DNA of 64,000 nucleotides from Balanoglossus misakiensis (lineage: Eukaryota > Animalia > Hemichordata): positions 3,147,319 to 3,211,318 of the forward strand of contig CM082594.2 of assembly GCA_040954595.2 (NCBI GenBank), written 5' to 3'. The number at the start of each line of letters is the position of its first letter. Positions within the stretch are counted from its first letter, which is position 1. Under the pieces are notes generated by a model, which was not told the origin of the DNA, made no database searches, and was given only the letters and a program-made list of their open reading frames with translations. The position numbers and the translations under genes are program-made. Positions 60,322-64,000 of the stretch are shown here, piece after piece.

Positions 60322-62273
60322 CAGTCGGTCCGATCGCCAAAAAAGGAAATCTCATGAATATTTAAATTTGTGTCAAAGGTAACGTTTCGCCCAATCAGAA
60401 ATATGCACAAATGACACGCGTGAAGGAATGTCAACAAGGCCAGCGCCTTTTGCTGCCACTGACATCCTGAGGCTGTCTTGCATTTATACTAGGTAACCTC
60501 TCCGCCCGCCAAGCTCTTGGTATCCGAATAGACCTTGGCAGAACAAATCCTTAGACCGTGGACGGTGTTTTTTTTATACAGCGGTTCCCGCATGGGTTTG
60601 TTAGGGAAACTTTGGTCGATCCAACAACCCGTGCGAGCCGACGATGACTCGGTAAATGCTTCCAGTAAACTTTGGGCCTCACTTTTCAGTGTCAATGCGG
60701 CCAAGTATAACGATCCATACTTGTGCTAGTCGGACTATATCAGCTACATGTATGGTATAAAGACGCAACTGATACAGGGGCAACAGCGATACTCGTAGTA
60801 AACTCGTAGTACGGTGACTGTGTGAGTGTGCATGAGCGGTGTTGTGAGATATTGCACGGCGCGTATGTTGTAATATAATTTACGTTTGGCGAGGTTGCTA
60901 ACAGTTTCCAAGTTGACATCGCACATTCATGAGGTAATCGTTATATTTTGTGAATTCGACTCTTTCTATCATTTACGGTAATTGGTAATTGTGAATAAAA
61001 GAAATCATGAAACTTTCGGATCAAGAGTGACTGAGCCGCGGCCTAGCTCACGCACAAGATTGTTATCATCGCCGTTGTGTATATGACACGGAGCTCCGTG
61101 TGTATATAGTGAGGACCTGGGCATGGCAGAAATTATCAGTTGTCGCTACAAAACGCAACGGTCGATTTCAAAACGCAACGGTAGATCGCTAGAGCGTTTA
61201 TCAATGTGTCCTCGGACAAAATCCTGAGCATTAAGGGGACCTAGATTTTATTTAATTGAACTTCATATGTAAAACTTCGGACTAAAACCCGGAAGCATAC
61301 AAGAATAGCCATCATCGCCGTTGTCGACAGTGAGGACCTGGGCATGGCAGAAATTATCAGTTGTCGCTACAAAACGCAACGGTCGATTTCAAAACGCAAC
61401 GGTAGATCGCTAGAGCGTGTATCAATGTGTCCTCGGACAAAATCCTGAGCATTAAGGCGACCTAGATTTTATTTAATTGAACTTCATATGTAAAACTTCG
61501 GACTAAAACCCGGAAGCATACAAGAATAGCCATCATCGCCGTTGTCGACAGTGGGGACTTGGGCATGGCAGAAATTATCAGCTGTCGCTAAAAAACGCAA
61601 CGGTCGATTTCAAAACGCAACGGTAGATCGCTAGAGCGTGTATCAATGTGTCCTCGGACAAAATCCTGGGCATTTAGGCGACGTGGATTTTATTTAATTG
61701 AACTTCATATGTAAAACTTCGGACTAAAACCCGGAAGCATACAAGAATAGCCATCATCGCCGTTGTCGACAGTGGGGACTTGGGCATGGCAGAAATTATC
61801 AGCTGTCGCTAAAAAACGCAACGGTCGATTTCAAAACGCAACGGTAGATCGCTAGATCGTGTATCAATGTGTCCTCGGACAAAATCCTGGGCATTTAGGC
61901 GACGTAGATTTTATTTAATTGAACTTCATATGTAAAACTTCGGACTAAAACCCGGAAGCATACAAGAATAGCCATCATCGCCGTTGTCGACAGTGGCGAC
62001 TTGGGCATGGCAGAAATTATCAGCTGTCGCTAAAAACGCAACGGTCGATTTCAAAACGCATCGGTAGATCGCTAGAGCACCATTCAAGGAATCCTCAGGC
62101 AAAAATTTGAGTATTTAGGCGAATTCGACTTTATTTAACAGAACTAAAACCGAGGGCATGCGAATTTTCTCTGGAACTGATTGTCTCGAGCGATCTGATT
62201 GGCCGAAAAGTTACCTCTGACACCAAATTTAAATATTCATGAGATTTCCTTTTTTGGCGATCGGGCCGACTGT
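60321..62273. mobile_element. ~1.95-kb TIR element (~78-bp TIRs, possible ACTAA TSD) carrying an internal satellite
   Basis: ACAGTCGGTCCGATCGCCAAAAAAGGAAATCTCATGAATATTTAAATTT..CCAATCAGA pairs with TCTGATTGG..AAATTTAAATATTCATGAGATTTCC..GGCGATCGGGCCGACTGT. ACTAA at 60316-60320 and 62274-62278. Confidence 0.8.
61109..62150. repeat. Tandem array of 221-bp units (4 full plus 1 degenerate)
   Basis: G.GGAC.TGGGCATGGCAGAAATTATCAG starts at 61111, 61332, 61553, 61774 and 61995. Each unit carries AAAACGCAACGG twice. Confidence 0.95.
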
Positions 62274-62292
62274 ACTAAGGGTATTTTATTGA

Positions 62293-62415
62293 GTATGTAT
62301 GTATGTATGTATGTATGTATGTATGTATGTATGTATGTATGTATGTATGTATGTATGTATGTATGTATGTATGTATGTATGTATGTATGTATGTATGTAT
62401 GTATGTATGTATGTA

Positions 62416-62469
<54 letters not shown>

Positions 62470-62545
62470 TATGTATGTATGTATGTATGTATGTATGTAT
62501 GTATCTATGTATGTATCTATGTATCTATGTATCTATCCATGTATG
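62293..62545. repeat. (TATG)n/(TG)n microsatellite
   Basis: Direct inspection. Confidence 0.95.
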
Positions 62546-63751
62546 TTACGTGCGCGCGTGTACGTGCGTGTGTGTGCGTGCGTGCGACGCATGCACAGAG
62601 GCACACACTGACAAATGTTCTTCATAAACTGGCACGATGTATGAAAAAGTGAAGCTTTTACTGAAACAGATAAATCGCTTTATACCTTTATTACCCTAAG
62701 TAAATATAGATGAATTCATTCAACAATGTTTTGCAATGTTAAAGCCCCAGTAACTCTAACTGCTGACTGTTTTCTTAGTTTTTTTCTCCCACGTACCAAC
62801 GCTGATGTCTCTGCACATTTATGAAATGTACGTACAATCTTTAATAACTTAATTCTCAAAAACGCCAGCATACGACTAACTGTCATTTATTTTTGCCGAC
62901 GAATAAATTCAAGTCAAGACTAGAATTCAATTTTCAATAATAACAATGCCGATTACTATGGAAGGGCTGTGTTGAAAAACCAAATGCTGAGCAAATGTTT
63001 ATATTTTGCAGAGTAGCACTAAAGCCCAGCTGATACCCTTAAATAAAAGGTTGAAATTACTGGCGCTGTAATGTCACGTTAATTTTTTTCTTAAATGTAA
63101 AAGTTTAGATAAGAATATAAACAGAGGCAATGAAGAGGAGAATAGGTAAACGCTTTCTATTAACCCTTGTGTCAAAATATGTACCATATATTAAATAATA
63201 CCACATCACCAGCATCATTTGCATTACAGCCAATTAAGTTCACAGAGTTGATCATCGGCGAAGGTCTTTGATAGTTACTCTGGAAGAAAATGTAAAGTTA
63301 TCATGATAAAATAATCATCTAAGTTTCGAAAATTTATTTCAAAAACGGGAATTAAAACCACTTCCTTCAGGACTAATGACTTTGAATTTTCATTGTATTT
63401 GTATTTGTATAATCTTTGATTTCTTCTTTCGCGGGTCTTTAGTGGAATTTAATAATGGGTGAATTTTCGCTAATTGTGAGAACTGGAAAATTGATTTTGC
63501 TAGACATTTCACTTCCAAAGAGATCATTTTGCAAGTTTACTCGGGCAATTTTCTCCCCCTTTTCCTGTTTTAAATGCGATGAATAATATGTCTTTTTTAT
63601 TCCTCGAGTGACTGACTGTCTCACTATGTTGTGTACGTAGAGCGTTCAGAATTTAAAAAAAGAAAATGTTATGCACTCTATAAGAAATCCATGTCATTGA
63701 TGTTAAATTAAAGAACATGTAATTAAACCAGGCGCAAACTATGAAGCGAAC

Positions 63752-63918
63752 CTTGGCATTTGACACCGACATCCTCGCCATGAGCACAGTTGTGTGTTCC
63801 CCAGCCTCTGCTACTGCAGTCACTTAATTCGCTCTCACTGCCAACACATGCAACGTCGTCCAACCATATCTGGCCGTCTCCGTGTCCAAAGTGGGCAGAA
63901 CTATAAGCAATGCCCCCG
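63752..63918 (-). CDS. Exon encoding the C-terminal half of a scavenger receptor cysteine-rich (SRCR) domain (DMBT1/neurotrypsin-like); the gene enters from the right edge
   Basis: [51 protein letters not shown] is a canonical SRCR segment. Acceptor cacag| at 63919, donor G|gttcgc at 63751. A short terminal exon may begin near 63279. Confidence 0.88.
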
Positions 63919-64000
63919 CTGTGAACAGAGGTAGGCGATACAGTCACAAACTGTTGTTGCGACAGAGAAAAGAATCTCGCCTCGGTACTTAAAGTTCCAC

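Noticed and set aside
60489-60704. 71-aa ORF inside the TIR element as a transposase fragment
   Set aside because: No DDE or DNA-binding motif is recognisable by eye; a homology search would be needed.
61109-62150. Regular repeats as a possible CRISPR array
   Set aside because: The whole 221-bp units are repeated with no unique spacers, there are no cas genes, and the context is eukaryotic.
1-64000. tRNA, rRNA or other structured RNA genes
   Set aside because: None was recognised by eye. A tRNAscan-SE/Infernal run would be needed to exclude them.

Overview
This is eukaryotic genomic DNA: AT-rich, with GT-AG spliceosomal introns, (TATG)n microsatellites and MITEs. It most likely comes from a marine invertebrate; the taxon is my guess and cannot be fixed from the sequence. 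All host genes lie on the minus strand. From right to left they are: the 3' end of an SRCR-domain gene; a ~1229-aa protein with eight tandem LRAT/PLAAT (H-NC) domains and a C-terminal Gly-rich hydrophobic tail; a ~15.4-kb tandem duplication in which each unit carries a nearly intronless ZNFX1 (SF1 helicase, NF-X1 fingers, RZ finger) and an intronless HHxxxDG condensation-type acyltransferase; ADA2/CECR1; an AADAC/NCEH1-like esterase; and a VWDE-like gene running off the left edge. The most notable non-coding signal is a ~260-bp promoter and first-exon module containing a perfect palindromic NF-kB site (GGGGAATTCCCC), IRF-like sites, a GTCACGTGAC E-box, a TATA element and a splice donor. It occurs three times: upstream of both ZNFX1 copies and ~2.8 kb upstream of the LRAT-repeat gene, which also has its own kB site. 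My best candidate for an undescribed system is an infection-inducible cluster linking an RNA-sensing RZ-finger helicase to acyl/lipid-modifying enzymes. That functional link is inference. All exon calls and alignments were made by eye.
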